Shown here piece by piece: positions 62,826 to 64,000 of a stretch of DNA of 64,000 nucleotides. The DNA is from Dictyostelium discoideum (taxonomy: Eukaryota), in NCBI GenBank assembly GCA_000004695.1, contig CM000151.3:6208001-6272000 (forward strand). The letters are read 5' to 3'. A model generated the notes under the pieces. That model was not told the origin of the DNA, did not search any database, and saw only the letters and a program-made list of their open reading frames with translations. A program made the position numbers and the translations under genes. Position 1 is the stretch's first letter; the number at the start of each line of letters is the position of its first letter.

Positions 62826-64000
62826 ATGTCCACAAAATATTTAATAATATTATTAATTTTAACAATTTCCAAAATTTCCGGATTTAATGAAATTGAACAA
62901 AAATCAATAGAAAATTATCATAATTACATAAGAATTAAAGCTAAATTATTTGGAGCAGAACCAAAGTCACCACTGAATCAAGTTAAATGGTCAAATGATA
63001 TTGCAAATAAAGTTCAAACATTTGTTAGTCAATGTAATTTAGGAGTACCACAAAATATTGAAGGAACTGGTTTTGCATTGTTTAAAGTGATGGGAAAAGA
63101 GTTTGATCCAGTTGACATTTTAAATAGAACTTTTGAAAGATCAGCACCACTATACGATTGGAGTACTGGTAATTGTAAACCTGATCAATGCTGCGACACT
63201 TATCAAACTATGATATGGAATACTTCAACTTCTGTTGGTTGTGCAAGTTCATACTGTTCAAGTGGTAGTTATAATTTCTTTGTCTGTGGATATTATCCAA
63301 TTGGTAATTTTGCAGGTATTAAGCCATATACACCAAAAGTGCAATCACAACTCACCGAAAATGGCAGCGGCGGCGGCGACACTAAATTAGAACCATCAGT
63401 AAAACCAATTTCAATTAATGTTTCATCTCGATTTATTTTACCAACAAGTTCAACTGGCGATGTTGATTGGAAATCATTAGGATTTGTAACATCAATTAAA
63501 AATCAAGGTCAGTGTGGTGGTTGTTACTCATTTGCAACATGTGCAGCATTGGAAAGTGCTTATTTAATTAAAAATAATCTTCCAAATACTGATATTGATT
63601 TATCAGAGCAAAACTTTGTTAGTTGTGTAAATTATGGTTGTGGTGGTGGAAATGGTCAATCATGTTTAGATAAATTAAAATCCACTGGTATTATGTATGA
63701 AACTAGTTATCCATATAAAGCTGTTACTGGAAGTTGTCCAAATGTAATTCAAAGTCCACAACCATTTAAATGGACAGGTTATTCAAATATTCAAGGTAAT
63801 AAAGAAGCATTTTTAAATGCATTAAAATCAGGTCCAATCTATGCATCATTATATGTGGATAGTGGTTTCCAACTTTATAAATCTGGAATTTATTCATGTT
63901 CTCAATCTTCAACACCCAATCATGCAATTACAATCGTTGGTTACTCAAGTGCTGATAATTCCTATTTAATTAAAAATAGTTGGGGTACAATTTATGGAGA
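62826..64000 (+). CDS. Secreted CAP (SCP/PR-1) domain - papain-family (C1A) cysteine protease fusion; 3' end outside window
   Basis: ATG at 62826, signal peptide. CAP signatures YHNYIR..., YTQMVW-like DTYQTMIWNTSTSVGCA and FFVCGYYPIGN. Then mature C1 peptidase: DWKSLGFVTSIKNQGQCGGCYSFAT (catalytic Cys), NHAITIVGY (His), NSWG. The frame is open to nt 64000. Confidence 0.8.
   Translation, partial: MSTKYLIILLILTISKISGFNEIEQKSIENYHNYIRIKAKLFGAEPKSPLNQVKWSNDIANKVQTFVSQCNLGVPQNIEGTGFALFKVMGKEFDPVDILNRTFERSAPLYDWSTGNCKPDQCCDTYQTMIWNTSTSVGCASSYCSSGSYNFFVCGYYPIGNFAGIKPYTPKVQSQLTENGSGGGDTKLEPSVKPISINVSSRFILPTSSTGDVDWKSLGFVTSIKNQGQCGGCYSFATCAALESAYLIKNNLPNTDIDLSEQNFVSCVNYGCGGGNGQSCLDKLKSTGIMYETSYPYKAVTGSCPNVIQSPQPFKWTGYSNIQGNKEAFLNALKSGPIYASLYVDSGFQLYKSGIYSCSQSSTPNHAITIVGYSSADNSYLIKNSWGTIYG

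Overview
This window is AT-rich (about 75-80% A+T) protist-type nuclear DNA with the hallmarks of a dictyostelid social amoeba such as Dictyostelium discoideum. Coding regions are full of (AAT)n/(CAA)n microsatellites translated as poly-Asn/poly-Gln tracts, introns are short (70-250 bp) and AT-rich with GTAAGT/GTATGT donors, and intergenic DNA carries very long homopolymer A/T runs. It is a gene-dense chromosomal region with about 30 protein-coding genes on both strands. Genes called with reasonable support: a RasGEF 3' fragment; a Rab-like GTPase plus a decayed paralogous pseudogene; a MOSC/mARC-like protein; a CRAL-TRIO/Sec14 protein; a tandem array of at least 3 stand-alone PKS-type acyltransferase-domain genes, the third interrupted by a 100-N assembly gap; a small GTPase fused to ribonuclease-inhibitor-type LRRs; a 6-exon CLC chloride channel with CBS domains; XRN1 5'-3' exoribonuclease; a DUF202 membrane protein; a PH+FYVE protein; CDC123; a PWWP-domain Q/N-rich protein; TypA/BipA GTPase; a TBC RabGAP with EF-hands; a GNAT acetyltransferase; an MRH-domain mucin-like protein; CCT theta; diphthine synthase; an I29-domain membrane protein; and a CAP(PR-1)-domain/papain-family cysteine protease fusion that runs off the 3' end. 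Non-coding features: a tRNA-Arg(UCU)-like gene; two adjacent DUSE-promoter (A/TCCCAYAA at about -60) terminal-stem ncRNA candidates; several large perfect or near-perfect inverted repeats (38401-38980 and 47222-47380); and a palindromic (TAAA)n/(TTTA)n microsatellite. The most unusual locus is a short 2-exon ORF (47698-48314) whose C-terminus carries a TnpB/Fanzor-like zinc-ribbon and RuvC-III signature (YFSQ...C..G...C...CKIHG..NRDNVGACNIYIKG), sitting just downstream of two hairpin/inverted-repeat structures. It is a candidate domesticated or decaying eukaryotic TnpB (Fanzor-like) remnant. The supplied ORF track uses TTG/GTG/CTG as starts and translates them as M, so several ORF-track starts (3500, 11149, 19086, 44464, 48057, 51292, 61787) are not real ATG initiators. 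All splice structures below were inferred by eye from frame continuity and GT/AG boundaries.
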